A stretch of 64,000 bases of DNA from Clostridia bacterium (lineage in GTDB: Bacteria; Bacillota; Clostridia; Oscillospirales; CAG-272), in assembly GCA_017443595.1 (NCBI GenBank), contig JAFSYU010000033.1, positions 14,549-78,548 of the forward strand. Reading direction: 5' to 3'. A program made the translations under genes and the position numbers. Of this stretch, positions 53,070-63,200 are shown piece by piece. Position 1 is the stretch's first letter. The number at the start of each line of letters is the position of its first letter. The notes beneath the pieces were generated by a model that ran no database searches, was not told where the DNA came from, and worked only from the letters and a program-made list of their open reading frames with translations.

Positions 53070-55784
53070 ATGCTTAAGATCAGAAATATAAGCAAAACGT
53101 ATAAAACCGGAGATCTGGTACAGCGCGCGCTTGACGGAGTGAGCCTTAATTTAAGGGATAACGAATTCGTAGCCGTGCTGGGACCGTCCGGTTCGGGTAA
53201 GACCACGCTTCTGAACGTGATAGGCGGACTTGACAGATACGACAGCGGCGATCTTATAATAAACGGGATCTCCACAAAAAAATACAAAGACAGAGACTGG
53301 GATTCGTACAGGAATCATTCCATAGGATTCGTATTTCAAAGCTACAATCTTATCCCGCACCAATCCGTTTTGGCTAACGTAGAACTTGCGCTTACAATTT
53401 CCGGAATTTCAAAAAAGGAAAGAAGAAAACGCGCGATAAAAGTGCTTACGGACGTAGGGCTCGGCGATCAGATCCATAAAAAACCCAATCAGTTATCGGG
53501 CGGTCAGATGCAGAGAGTGGCGATAGCAAGAGCGCTTGTAAACGATCCGGAGATACTTTTGGCGGACGAGCCGACCGGCGCGCTCGATACCGACACGAGC
53601 ATACAGGTAATGGAGCTTTTAAAGCAGGTCGCTGCGGATCATCTTGTAGTCATGGTAACTCATAACCCGGACCTTGCGGAAAAATACGCCACGCGCACGG
53701 TATTTCTGCGCGACGGAAAGATAACGGGCGATACGCAGCCGTACGAACCGGATGAAGACAAGGATAATGCTCCGGTCCATAAAAACATGGGCAAAGCCTC
53801 AATGTCGTTTCTTACGTCGCTTTCGCTCAGCTTCAACAATCTGCTTACAAAAAAAGCGAGAACTACGCTGACCGCGTTTGCCGGCTCGATAGGAATAATA
53901 GGTATCGCGCTTATCATGTCGCTTTCAAACGGAGTGAACACGTATATTACCGATATACAGAAAAGCACGATGACGTCATACCCGATAACGATAGACGCGC
54001 AGACGATAGATCTTAACAGCATTATGAATTCAAACGCGGCGGAAGCGGACGAGGGCGGCGATCACGAGCTTGACGCCGTGTATTCAAACGGCAGGATGCT
54101 GCAGGCGGCGTCCGCTTTCACCTCAAGCGTGACGACGAACAATCTTACGGCTTTCAAACAGTACCTTGACGATGAAAACAGCGAGATACACAAATACACC
54201 GGCTCAAGCGGCGTTGTGTATATCTACGATCTTGATTTCGGCGTATACGCGTACGATCCGGAAGGCGTGCTTATAAACACGAACACGTCCGTGACGTCCG
54301 GTTCGGGCATGTACGGTCAGATGTCCGCAAGCGGACTTATGCCGTCTACCTACGCGCAGCTTCTGCCGTCCTCCGACGGGCTTGTGAGCGAAGCCGTCAA
54401 ATCAAGCTACGTTCTTGCGGACGGAAGGTGGCCGGAAAATTATGACGAGACCGTGCTTGTTTTAAACGAGCATAACGAAATTTCATATACAACTCTTTAC
54501 CGCCTCGGGCTTATACCCGCGTCGGAATACAACGATCTCGTAGCCAAAATAACAAAGGGTGAAAAAGTTGAGATACCGCAGTACAAATTCACGTATGTGG
54601 AAATATTGAATAAAGAATATATACTCGTTACGGCTTCCGACAGATTCGTAAAAGACGGCGACGTATATAAGGAAATAAAAGACAGCTCGGAATCGTTCAA
54701 GGACGTTCTTGCTTCCGCCGTGAAGCTGAAGATAACCGGCATAATAAAACCCGCGGAGGGAACTACCGGGATCACGCTTACCATGACCGTGGGATATACA
54801 AAAGCGCTGACGGATCACATAGTTGCGCATACGGAAAACAGCGCGGCAGTCAAAGCGCAGAAAGCGGACAAGACCGTAAACGTGCTGAACGGACTTTCGT
54901 TTGAGCCCGCTGACGACGAAGTGAAAAAAGATGACGCGAAAAAATACGTTAACAGTTTAGGCATAAGCGAAAAAGCGAGACTCTGTACGGAGCTTATAAT
55001 GCTTAAAAAGATAGACGTCACGGCGATACCGGGGCTCGATCTTTCCGCGTTTGCCGGTATGAGCGCCGGGACCATGGGCGAGGCGGAGCTTGCCGCTTTG
55101 CTTGATATGTATATGCAGTCCCCGTCGGACGACGCGCTTGTAACGATATATGAAAAGTACGTTTCAGCCGGCTCTTACAGCGACAACATGGCGGCTTTCG
55201 GCGTTATTTCCACGGACGCTCCGGCTTCCGTAAATATTTACGCGGACACGTTTGAGGCAAAGGACAAAATAGCGGACTGCATAAAACAGTATAACAAGGA
55301 AGCAACGGAAGAAAATAAAATAACGTATACGGATTACGTGGGACTTCTCATGTCTTCCATCACCACCATCATAAACGTGGTATCGTACGTCCTTATAGCG
55401 TTCGTCGCGGTATCTTTGATCGTATCTTCGATAATGATAGGAATAATAACTTATATCTCCGTTCTTGAAAGAACGAAGGAGATAGGGATTTTAAGAGCTA
55501 TCGGCGCGTCAAAGCGCAATATTTCCCAGGTGTTCAACGCTGAAACGTTTATTATAGGACTGTTTGCCGGTCTGCTCGGCGTCGGTATAAGCGCATTGCT
55601 CCTTATCCCCGGAAACGCGGTCATACATCACTTTGCCGGCGCGTCGGACGTTAACGCGATCATGCCCGTACCCGGAGCGATAATACTCGTTGTTTTAAGC
55701 GTCATCCTGACGTTCATAGGCGGTCTGATACCGGCGAAAAAAGCGTCGCGCAAGGATCCCGTGCTTGCCCTCCGCAGCGAATGA
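53070..55784 (+). CDS. MacB-like ABC transporter, fused ATPase and FtsX-type permease
   Basis: Walker A GPSGSGKTT, signature LSGGQMQRVAIARAL, Walker B LLADEPTGALD. There is a large extracytoplasmic domain, and the C-terminal FtsX helices end in PAKKASRKDPVLALRSE. The likely start is ATG at 53070. Confidence 0.9.
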   Translation: MLKIRNISKTYKTGDLVQRALDGVSLNLRDNEFVAVLGPSGSGKTTLLNVIGGLDRYDSGDLIINGISTKKYKDRDWDSYRNHSIGFVFQSYNLIPHQSVLANVELALTISGISKKERRKRAIKVLTDVGLGDQIHKKPNQLSGGQMQRVAIARALVNDPEILLADEPTGALDTDTSIQVMELLKQVAADHLVVMVTHNPDLAEKYATRTVFLRDGKITGDTQPYEPDEDKDNAPVHKNMGKASMSFLTSLSLSFNNLLTKKARTTLTAFAGSIGIIGIALIMSLSNGVNTYITDIQKSTMTSYPITIDAQTIDLNSIMNSNAAEADEGGDHELDAVYSNGRMLQAASAFTSSVTTNNLTAFKQYLDDENSEIHKYTGSSGVVYIYDLDFGVYAYDPEGVLINTNTSVTSGSGMYGQMSASGLMPSTYAQLLPSSDGLVSEAVKSSYVLADGRWPENYDETVLVLNEHNEISYTTLYRLGLIPASEYNDLVAKITKGEKVEIPQYKFTYVEILNKEYILVTASDRFVKDGDVYKEIKDSSESFKDVLASAVKLKITGIIKPAEGTTGITLTMTVGYTKALTDHIVAHTENSAAVKAQKADKTVNVLNGLSFEPADDEVKKDDAKKYVNSLGISEKARLCTELIMLKKIDVTAIPGLDLSAFAGMSAGTMGEAELAALLDMYMQSPSDDALVTIYEKYVSAGSYSDNMAAFGVISTDAPASVNIYADTFEAKDKIADCIKQYNKEATEENKITYTDYVGLLMSSITTIINVVSYVLIAFVAVSLIVSSIMIGIITYISVLERTKEIGILRAIGASKRNISQVFNAETFIIGLFAGLLGVGISALLLIPGNAVIHHFAGASDVNAIMPVPGAIILVVLSVILTFIGGLIPAKKASRKDPVLALRSE

Positions 55785-55797
55785 CCGGAGCGTGATT

Positions 55798-56838
55798 ATG
55801 AAAAAAGCGATTTTTGCCGTTGTTCTGGCTTTTACCGTCCTCGCTTCCGCCTGCGCAGCGCCGGCGGCCGATACGGAAAAGGATACGTCGACCGATGCAG
55901 CGGAGACAGCCGCACAGACTCTGGCGGAGCTTATTACCGACGCTCAGACGGAAAAAGAAACGGAGCAAGATCAGACACAGACCGATCGGATAACGGAAAC
56001 GCAAGCGGAAGAGGCAAAAGAGACCGTATCAACGGAAACAGAAACGGATATAATTACAGAAGAAACAGAAACAGAACAGGAAACGGAAGCGCAAAAAGAA
56101 AACGGCGTTTATCTGCTGTATAAAAACGCCGCGGAAAAAACCAATTCTTTAAAAAACGCAAGGCAAAAAGCACTGACAAAACAGGACGTCACCGCGTCCT
56201 TCACGGACGGCGGACAGATAAGATCGTCTTCTTCCGTATCCTCGGATATAAGATTTTGCTTCCTCGGTGAAGACGGTTTCAGATGCGAGGGGACAGAGTC
56301 TTTGACCGAGGAAAGCGACGGCGCGGAAAAAACTGTCGAATATGAGTTTTTTGCGGATAAAGACGCGGTATATCTTAAAGACCGGGAAACCGGGATATTC
56401 AAAAAAGCAAACGACGGCGATCCCGGCGCAAGCTCCGTAAAAGCGCTTGTTTTAAAAGAAAATCTGTATATTTCCGTAATGCCGGAAAGCGTTTTCGCAG
56501 GCGCCGTCCTCACGGAAAATGAAGACGGGACAAAAACGGTAAAAGCGTCGCCTTCGGACAAAGACGCAAGCGGCGCGCTTGACGGTATGAAGGAAAAGCT
56601 TGAGTCCGTTTTCGCCGCTTTCGGCGCGCAGAACGTTAAGTACGGCGTAAAAGACGCAAAGTACGTTTTTACCGTATCGGCTGACGGATATATAATCCGA
56701 TCCGAAGCAGAGATCACGGTGGATATCGAAATGACGGTCGCAAACACAGCCGTCAAAGCTTCATCCGTATCGTCAACTGCCTGCGATCTGCTCGATTACG
56801 AAAAACCGGCGGAAATAGAAGTCCCGGTCATTGAATGA
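55798..56838 (+). CDS. Lipoprotein of unknown function with a TE-rich linker
   Basis: LASACAAP lipobox, an ETETDIITEETETEQETE linker, and a position immediately downstream of the ABC fusion gene. Confidence 0.55.
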   Translation: MKKAIFAVVLAFTVLASACAAPAADTEKDTSTDAAETAAQTLAELITDAQTEKETEQDQTQTDRITETQAEEAKETVSTETETDIITEETETEQETEAQKENGVYLLYKNAAEKTNSLKNARQKALTKQDVTASFTDGGQIRSSSSVSSDIRFCFLGEDGFRCEGTESLTEESDGAEKTVEYEFFADKDAVYLKDRETGIFKKANDGDPGASSVKALVLKENLYISVMPESVFAGAVLTENEDGTKTVKASPSDKDASGALDGMKEKLESVFAAFGAQNVKYGVKDAKYVFTVSADGYIIRSEAEITVDIEMTVANTAVKASSVSSTACDLLDYEKPAEIEVPVIE

Positions 56839-56841
56839 AAT

Positions 56842-56873
56842 AAAAAATAATCGGTTTTCGCCGATTATTTTTT
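56842..56873. terminator. Bidirectional terminator
   Basis: AAAAAATAATCGG-loop-CCGATTATTTTTT between convergent genes. It overlaps the stop codon of the flavin reductase gene. Confidence 0.7.
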
Positions 56874-57434
56874 GTTGCGTTTGTTATGAGAAAAACCGAA
56901 TTTCCCTATCCGCTTGCCGAGCGCGAAATACTCTCCGTGACTGTACGCGGCAAGCCCGGCTTTTTCAAGATGAAGTTTTCCTTTTTCATCTATTAACGAA
57001 TCGTCGGCGTTCACCGCCACTATATCGCATATAAATGCGTCGTGACTGCCTAAGTGCAAAACGTCCGTCACCCTGCATTCAAGCGTCAGCGGAGATTCCG
57101 CTATCTGCGGGCATTTTATCTCTGTGCACGGCTCTTTTGTAAAAGACATTTTTGCAAATTTATCAACGTCGCGCCCGGAGCGCACGCCGCACCAGTCTAC
57201 CTTTTTTATCATAGTTGACGGAACAAGGTTTATGCAAAGCTCTTTTGTTTTTGAGATTATGCCGTGGGAATGTCTTTCCGGACGTATTGAAACGTACGTT
57301 TTGGGCGGAGAAGAACACATTATGCCGGTCCACGCCACGGTTATTATATTTGCTTCGACGCCTTCTCCGCACGATACTGCTGCGACCGGCAGCGGAGAGA
57401 GCAGGGCGGAGCCTTTCCACGTTGTTTTGCTCAT
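56865..57434 (-). CDS. Flavin reductase-like FMN-binding protein
   Basis: 189 aa. NIITVAWTGIMCSSPPKTYVSIRPERHS is typical of the flavin reductase domain. Confidence 0.75.
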   Translation of the reverse strand: MSKTTWKGSALLSPLPVAAVSCGEGVEANIITVAWTGIMCSSPPKTYVSIRPERHSHGIISKTKELCINLVPSTMIKKVDWCGVRSGRDVDKFAKMSFTKEPCTEIKCPQIAESPLTLECRVTDVLHLGSHDAFICDIVAVNADDSLIDEKGKLHLEKAGLAAYSHGEYFALGKRIGKFGFSHNKRNKK

Positions 57435-58075
57435 TATTCGTCTCCTTTCAGATATGCGCGCAGCATATTTATTTTTTTGCCCATTTCCGTAAAGTTGCGC
57501 TCATATTCGGTCATTATATTGTCTTTTGCGTATTCGCTTGCGTGAAGATCGCGGGTCATATCCGTTATTTCAAATCCGTTTTCCTTTAATTCCTCAACTG
57601 AAAAATCAAAAAGGTTTTCGTCGTCCGTCTTTAAGAAAATGCTGCCGTTCTTCGTAAGGATCTGCTTGTATATCTGCAGAAAACTTCTGTAAGTAAGTCT
57701 GCGTTTGGCGTATCCTTTTTTCGGCCACGGATCGGAAAAGTTAAGATAAATACGGCTTATGCTCCCCGGGGCGAATTTTTCGTTCAGAACCGCGGCGTTC
57801 ATTACGGCAAGCCTTACGTTTGAAAGATCTTTTGATTTTGCTTTTTCCGCCGCGAGCATCAAAACGTCAGATATACGCTCTATCGCAATAAAGTTTATAT
57901 CCGGGTGCGCCTCAGCCGTCCCGCATACGAAATCTCCTTTGCCGCATCCAATTTCAAGATGTACGGGGTTATCGTTTCCGAAAATTTCTTTTAAGTCCGA
58001 TACGCTGTCCGGCAGTATGAATTCACCGCAGGCGGCAAGCCTTTGCGCGCCGTTTTTCTTTCTTCTCATCCTCAT
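57434..58075 (-). CDS. trmB: tRNA (guanine46-N7)-methyltransferase
   Basis: 213 aa. HLEIGCGKGDF, YLNFSDPWPKK and a TEYE motif. Confidence 0.9.
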   Translation of the reverse strand: MRMRRKKNGAQRLAACGEFILPDSVSDLKEIFGNDNPVHLEIGCGKGDFVCGTAEAHPDINFIAIERISDVLMLAAEKAKSKDLSNVRLAVMNAAVLNEKFAPGSISRIYLNFSDPWPKKGYAKRRLTYRSFLQIYKQILTKNGSIFLKTDDENLFDFSVEELKENGFEITDMTRDLHASEYAKDNIMTEYERNFTEMGKKINMLRAYLKGDE

Positions 58076-58288
58076 ATTTATTGCCTTTCGCCGTTCATAT
58101 TGTGATATGAACAGTTTTAAAATTCTTTTTTAAAATATATTTTACCACTATTTTTTTTTATAAATATGTGATATAATACTTCAAAAGCCGAATGATACGC
58201 TTTTTACATATTGTACCACAGGTTTTGGATTTTTGCAATAACTTATGCAAATAAAGTTTATCACGTTTGAAAAGGAGGCACAGATACG

Positions 58289-59224
58289 TTGGATAATATA
58301 TTTGACGCTATCGCCGCAAAGCTTTCGGCGGCCGGTATGGATGATGCAAGCGTAGCGGCATGCAGAGAAGCCTTGGCGGAAGAATTTTCCGGTCTGTCGG
58401 ATGAAGAGTTTGCAAAAAAACTTGAGTCCCAGGGCGGAGTTGACGGCATAGCGGATTCTATACTTAAAAAATACGATACGGCAAAAAAGATCAGCTCGGA
58501 CAGCGAAAACGATATCATCAGCATTGACGACGATATGTTTTCGGACGAGCCGGCGGATCCTTACGCCGCTGACACAGCCGCGGACGCGGATCAGAGCGCG
58601 AACGAAAACAGCACGGACGTAGTTTTATCCGAAACGGACGGGGATTACGAGGTATCTTCCGTCAATGCGGACGAATATTTCAACGACGATAACGACGTTA
58701 AAGTCAAACAGCCGGATCAGAAGAAAAAGGACGGCAGAAAGCCGGCAGATCTGTCCGCAAAACAACCCGAAAAAAAGAAAAAAACAAGCGTTAAGAATAT
58801 GTCGCCGCGCGCAAAAACGGCGTACGTCATAGGTCTTATACTGCTGATACCGCTTCTTATCGCTCTCGTTGTAGTCATAACGGTGCTGTTCCTTGCGTTA
58901 TACGCGGCGGTAATAGCGCTTGTAGTTGCGTTTTCCGTAGCTTTGGTAGTTATAGCCGCGGTAGGCACGGCGCTGTCGCTTATGGCGATCATCTTCGGCG
59001 TCATACAGCTCGTACAGGGCGCGGCGGCACCGATAGGTATTTACGAGATCGGTCTCGGCGTAGCGGCGGGCGGCATCACTTTGGGCGTTTCAATATTATT
59101 ATACAACTTTGTCGTAAGACTGGCGCCGTTTCTTTTCAAAAAAATGTTTGTGCTTTACAAGTTCCTGTTCAGACAGCTTACAAAGCTTCTCGGCTTTGTG
59201 AAAGGAGCGTGCAGTAAATTATGA
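58289..59224 (+). CDS. Membrane protein with an acidic N-terminal region (possibly DUF1700-like)
   Basis: TTG start with an AAAGGAGG RBS. The soluble acidic half is followed by three or four TM helices. It is paired with a DUF4097-like gene, as often seen for DUF1700 proteins. Confidence 0.4.
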   Translation: MDNIFDAIAAKLSAAGMDDASVAACREALAEEFSGLSDEEFAKKLESQGGVDGIADSILKKYDTAKKISSDSENDIISIDDDMFSDEPADPYAADTAADADQSANENSTDVVLSETDGDYEVSSVNADEYFNDDNDVKVKQPDQKKKDGRKPADLSAKQPEKKKKTSVKNMSPRAKTAYVIGLILLIPLLIALVVVITVLFLALYAAVIALVVAFSVALVVIAAVGTALSLMAIIFGVIQLVQGAAAPIGIYEIGLGVAAGGITLGVSILLYNFVVRLAPFLFKKMFVLYKFLFRQLTKLLGFVKGACSKL

Positions 59225-60207
59225 AACCTGTTTCATGGATATTCCTTATCATCGCCGTCATCCTCTCGGTCGTCGGCCTGCTCATGTGCTCTATAGCTTC
59301 TTTACAGGCAAAACGCCAGGGCATAGATCTGTTTGACACAAAGATAGTCAACGGTCAGTCCGAAGCGGAATATGATTTTTCCGAAGACGTTATCGGAAAA
59401 ATTCAGATAGAAGTAAACGACTGCGACGTAAATATTATATGCGGCGCGGAAAGCAATAAAGTAGTAATGAACAACTTCTCATCCGCGGGCTATATTTGCG
59501 AGGTGGAAAACAGGGCACTCGTCATTGAGGATACGGTAAATCTGTTTGATATAACGGATATAATAGAAAACGGAAAAATACGCTTCAAGGGCTTCAGATA
59601 CTATCTGCGCGACAGAAAGATAACTACGGGAAGCAAATCCTTAAACGTGTATATCTCCGATAAATTTGATATAAAGATCATAGATATCACCGTAAATAAC
59701 GGCGACGTCAATATTGCCGGATATGAAAACAATACGGATTATACCGTAAAGATCGGCAAGGGCAAGTTCACGGCGTCCGATATAGTCACAAGCTCCGTTG
59801 TTTCCGCAACCGTCGGAAAAGGCTCCGCAAATCTGCAGCATATAACCGCTAAAACGGCAAATATAACCGTGGATGAAGGCGATATAACCGCTGTAATGTC
59901 CGTTAAGGAGATCACGGCGGACGCCAAAAAAGGCAGCGTTTCCATAGAAAGCGAAAGCGATCTGTCAAATTACAACTTTGTATTAAAGGCGCCGGATTCG
60001 ACCATAACGCTTGAAACTCTGGTAAAAGCCGGTAACTATATCGCAAACGACGCGCAGCTCACAAACTTTATCCACGCTTCAGCCGGCGGCGGATCGGTCA
60101 CCGTGAGATCATACGTTGCGCCGCTCACGCCTCCGGAAACCGATAACGGCGACGTGTCGGAGACCGAAACTGAAGCTGATATACCGGTCATCACCTTATC
60201 GGAATAA
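59221..60207 (+). CDS. DUF4097-like (putative beta-helical adhesin-type) protein with an N-terminal TM anchor
   Basis: Repetitive beta-strand pattern VNNGDVNIAGYENNTDYTVKIGKGKFTASDIV...GKGSANLQHITAKTANITVDEGDITA. A 4-nt overlap with the upstream gene. Confidence 0.5.
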   Translation: MKPVSWIFLIIAVILSVVGLLMCSIASLQAKRQGIDLFDTKIVNGQSEAEYDFSEDVIGKIQIEVNDCDVNIICGAESNKVVMNNFSSAGYICEVENRALVIEDTVNLFDITDIIENGKIRFKGFRYYLRDRKITTGSKSLNVYISDKFDIKIIDITVNNGDVNIAGYENNTDYTVKIGKGKFTASDIVTSSVVSATVGKGSANLQHITAKTANITVDEGDITAVMSVKEITADAKKGSVSIESESDLSNYNFVLKAPDSTITLETLVKAGNYIANDAQLTNFIHASAGGGSVTVRSYVAPLTPPETDNGDVSETETEADIPVITLSE

Positions 60208-60276
60208 AAAACGGCAAAACAGCCATACTATCATACCGGACGGAGGATCAAAAACTCCGTCGGAAAGGAAGATCGT

Positions 60277-60531
60277 ATGGTAATCGTAGATAAAACGGCA
60301 TTGACGCTGGCTATTATCGGTGCGCTCAACTGGGGCAGCATCGGTGTGTTCGGATTTGATATCGTGGCATGGATATTCGGCGGGCAGGATTCGATAGGCG
60401 CGAGGATAATATATACAGTCGTTGCGCTTGCCGGTATCTGGTGCATATCTGTTTTATTCAGGTCATGGCGCGGTATCGGCGACCGTGATTCCGATGATGA
60501 AACGGCTGCGTTTGACAGGCAGACCAGATAA
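60277..60531 (+). CDS. DUF378-family small membrane protein
   Basis: ALTLAIIGALNWGSIGVFGFDIVAWIFG matches the DUF378 signature. Confidence 0.8.
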   Translation: MVIVDKTALTLAIIGALNWGSIGVFGFDIVAWIFGGQDSIGARIIYTVVALAGIWCISVLFRSWRGIGDRDSDDETAAFDRQTR

Positions 60532-60573
60532 ATCATTCGTCCGGCAGCTATGCCGGACGATATTTTAGGAGCA

Positions 60574-61746
60574 ATGATGCAAGAGCTCAAAAACAAACTT
60601 GAAAGATCTGTGTCAGACGGTACGTTCATGCGTGCCGTCTGCTCCGGCAGATTTGACAAAACGGTAAAAAAATGCGTTTATACGCCTGCAAATCACAAGG
60701 GCAGCGCGGAAATAGCGGAAGAACGTTTTATGCCTGACGGCAAAGCGCTTCATTCCTTTTATAAGACCGACGGTTTTTGTGAAACGTTTTTAAAAATATC
60801 CGAAGCGTATAAGCAGACGGATATTTACTGCAAAGATTTTTCCGCCGTCGTACTGCGTTCCAGAAAAGGCGCGCTGCATATAAGTTACGGAAAAGGCGTT
60901 CAGGAAACCGAAAGCGGTAAAACGGAGAAGAATTATATCTTATCCCCTAAAGAAAAGTATGATTTTCTCGTTCTGCTCGGTATACAGGACAAAAACGGCA
61001 GGGTATACGATAAAAAGCAAAGCAAATTCCGGCAGATAAACAGATTTTTACAAATAGTTTCCGACACTTTAAGCTCGCTGCCCGGGGAAGATCTTACGGT
61101 ATGGGATCTCTGCTGCGGAAAAAGTTACTTATCGTTTGCGGTATACTATTATTTCCGGTTCGTTCTGAACAGACAAATTATTATATATTGTGTTGACAGA
61201 AAAAAGGACGTTATAGAAGAATGCGGCGGGTACGCAAAACAGCTCGGCTGGAACGGGATGCGCTTCATCTGCGGCGATATTTTCAAAGTCCTGCCGGATA
61301 AAACGGCGGAGCTCGTCCTGTCGCTTCACGCCTGCGACACGGCGACGGATATGGTCTTGGCGGAAGCCGTAAGGCGCGGCGCGAAAGTAATACTTTCGTC
61401 TCCGTGCTGTCAGCATGAGCTTGCCGGCCAGATCAAGTGTGACGAACTGTCATTCGTTCTGCGCGAGCCTGTCTTAAAGCAAAAGCTCTCCGCGGTCATA
61501 ACGGATGCTCTCCGGTGCAGACTGCTTTACGCCGGCGGATATAAAGTGACAACGCTTGAATTTATAGATCCCGAGGAAACGCCCAAAAATCTTATGATAC
61601 GGGCGGAAAAAACGTACATACCCAAAAACCTGCGCAAAGTTGCTTTGAGTGAGTACGACGCGATATGCGAAAAACTGAACGTAAGACCGTCCATGAGACG
61701 GTTACTTGATGAAACGTTATCCGATCTGAATAAAGGAGATATGTGA
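60574..61746 (+). CDS. SAM-dependent methyltransferase
   Basis: VWDLCCGKSYLSFAVYYYF and LVLSLHACDTATD. The likely start is ATG at 60574/60577 after AGGAG. Confidence 0.6.
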   Translation: MMQELKNKLERSVSDGTFMRAVCSGRFDKTVKKCVYTPANHKGSAEIAEERFMPDGKALHSFYKTDGFCETFLKISEAYKQTDIYCKDFSAVVLRSRKGALHISYGKGVQETESGKTEKNYILSPKEKYDFLVLLGIQDKNGRVYDKKQSKFRQINRFLQIVSDTLSSLPGEDLTVWDLCCGKSYLSFAVYYYFRFVLNRQIIIYCVDRKKDVIEECGGYAKQLGWNGMRFICGDIFKVLPDKTAELVLSLHACDTATDMVLAEAVRRGAKVILSSPCCQHELAGQIKCDELSFVLREPVLKQKLSAVITDALRCRLLYAGGYKVTTLEFIDPEETPKNLMIRAEKTYIPKNLRKVALSEYDAICEKLNVRPSMRRLLDETLSDLNKGDM

Positions 61747-63200
61747 TGAAAACTAAAAAACTCATTGTTATCATCGCGCTGCTGTCGGCTGTGTGCCTCA
61801 CGCTTTCCGCGTGTCTTTACTGGTTTATAAACATAAAATCCATGTCGCGGCTGCTTCCGGAGGAAAAGAATATAACGGAAGAGGAAAAAACGCTGCTTGA
61901 AGATATAGGCGAGCCGGACTGGAAATCGTATATCATAACGTATTTCCTTATGCTGTTTACGCTTATCGGCGTGATTGCAATATGGTTTGCAGTTGCAAAC
62001 CCCGGTATGCGCGGCTCCACCGTTGCAATGATAATGCAGATCTTTTCTCTTATGCTGCTTGTTTTGATATTCAAAAATATCCTGGACGGCAAAAGCAAGT
62101 TCTTATACGGCGATATGCAGTTCAAGCTTGTTGTTCTGCTTATGCTTTTGTCTTTCGGTCTGCTTATTTTATACTCGCTTCTGATGTTCAAAAATAAGAC
62201 TGACGGTAAGCAAAAAGAGATATCCGAAATTGCAAAAGACAGAAAAGACACAAAAATAGTCGTGCTTGACAAATGCACGCTGACAGTCGGCGATATTGAT
62301 TTTTCACCGCTTGACGTCCTCGGCAAAACAAGATATTTTGATATACTTACAAAAGAGCAGATAATTGAAAACTGCAAAGACGCAAACGTCATACTCTGCA
62401 ACAAAGCCGTAATAGACAAAGAAATAATGGAAAATTGCCCGGAGCTTAAATACATAGGTCTGTTTGCAACGGGTTACAACAATATAGATCTTCAGGCGGC
62501 GAGCGAACACGGCATAACCGTATGCAACGCGCCGGGTTATTCAACGGACTCCGTCGCACAGCTCGTATTTGCGTATATACTCAATCACACCACGTCTCTT
62601 AACGAGTACAACGAGTCGACTCACAACGGCGAATGGATAAGATCGAGCGCGTTCTCGTATTTCCCCTATCCTATAAACGAGCTTAACGGGAAAACGCTTT
62701 CCGTCATAGGCTACGGCGCGATAGGCAAAAAAGTGGCAAAAATAGGCGCTGCGTTCGGGATGAACGTCTGCGTTGCCACAAGAACGAAGCCGGAGAACTG
62801 CCCGTATCAGCTCGTCAGCGTTGACGATGCGTTCAAAGCCGCGGATTATCTTACGGTCCACTGCCCGCTTACAAGTGAAACGGAAAAGCTGATAAACGCG
62901 GACAGATTGAGAAAAATGAAAAAGACGGCGTACGTTATAAATACGGCGAGAGGAGCCGTTGCGGACGAATACGCTCTAAGAGAAGCGCTTGACAAGGGGA
63001 TAATAGCCGGCGCCGCGTGCGACGTGCTGAAAGTTGAGCCCATGCGTGAAAACGATCCGCTTATAGGCGCAAAGAATCTGACGCTTACGCCGCATATAGC
63101 GTGGGCTTCTTATGAAGCGAGAGTAAGGCTGATATCTCTTGTAGCCTCAAATCTGAAATCTTATCAGAACGGTATTATAAAAAACAAAGTTAATGGATAA
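61743..63200 (+). CDS. D-isomer-specific 2-hydroxyacid dehydrogenase fused to an N-terminal four-TM domain
   Basis: Residues 1-150 are hydrophobic helices. From about residue 171 the sequence is dehydrogenase-like: KIVVLDKCTLTVGDIDFSPL, GKTLSVIGYGAIGKKV, NTARG, LTPHIAWAS. Confidence 0.75.
   Translation: MMKTKKLIVIIALLSAVCLTLSACLYWFINIKSMSRLLPEEKNITEEEKTLLEDIGEPDWKSYIITYFLMLFTLIGVIAIWFAVANPGMRGSTVAMIMQIFSLMLLVLIFKNILDGKSKFLYGDMQFKLVVLLMLLSFGLLILYSLLMFKNKTDGKQKEISEIAKDRKDTKIVVLDKCTLTVGDIDFSPLDVLGKTRYFDILTKEQIIENCKDANVILCNKAVIDKEIMENCPELKYIGLFATGYNNIDLQAASEHGITVCNAPGYSTDSVAQLVFAYILNHTTSLNEYNESTHNGEWIRSSAFSYFPYPINELNGKTLSVIGYGAIGKKVAKIGAAFGMNVCVATRTKPENCPYQLVSVDDAFKAADYLTVHCPLTSETEKLINADRLRKMKKTAYVINTARGAVADEYALREALDKGIIAGAACDVLKVEPMRENDPLIGAKNLTLTPHIAWASYEARVRLISLVASNLKSYQNGIIKNKVNG

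Noticed and set aside
40568-62455. Long antisense ORFs, for example 40568-41062(+), 45785-46318(-), 47069-47599(-), 51943-52497(+), 56109-56756(-) and 61817-62455(-); the same applies to 2934-3443(+) outside this span
   Set aside because: Each lies entirely opposite a confidently identified gene. They have low-complexity Ser/Ala/Arg-rich translations and no RBS, which is typical of shadow ORFs.
62253-63200. The dehydrogenase as a separate gene from the upstream membrane domain
   Set aside because: The frame is continuous with no stop. There is no ATG at the boundary, and the only alternative start (GTG at 62262) lacks an RBS. I kept it as a single fusion gene but flagged it.
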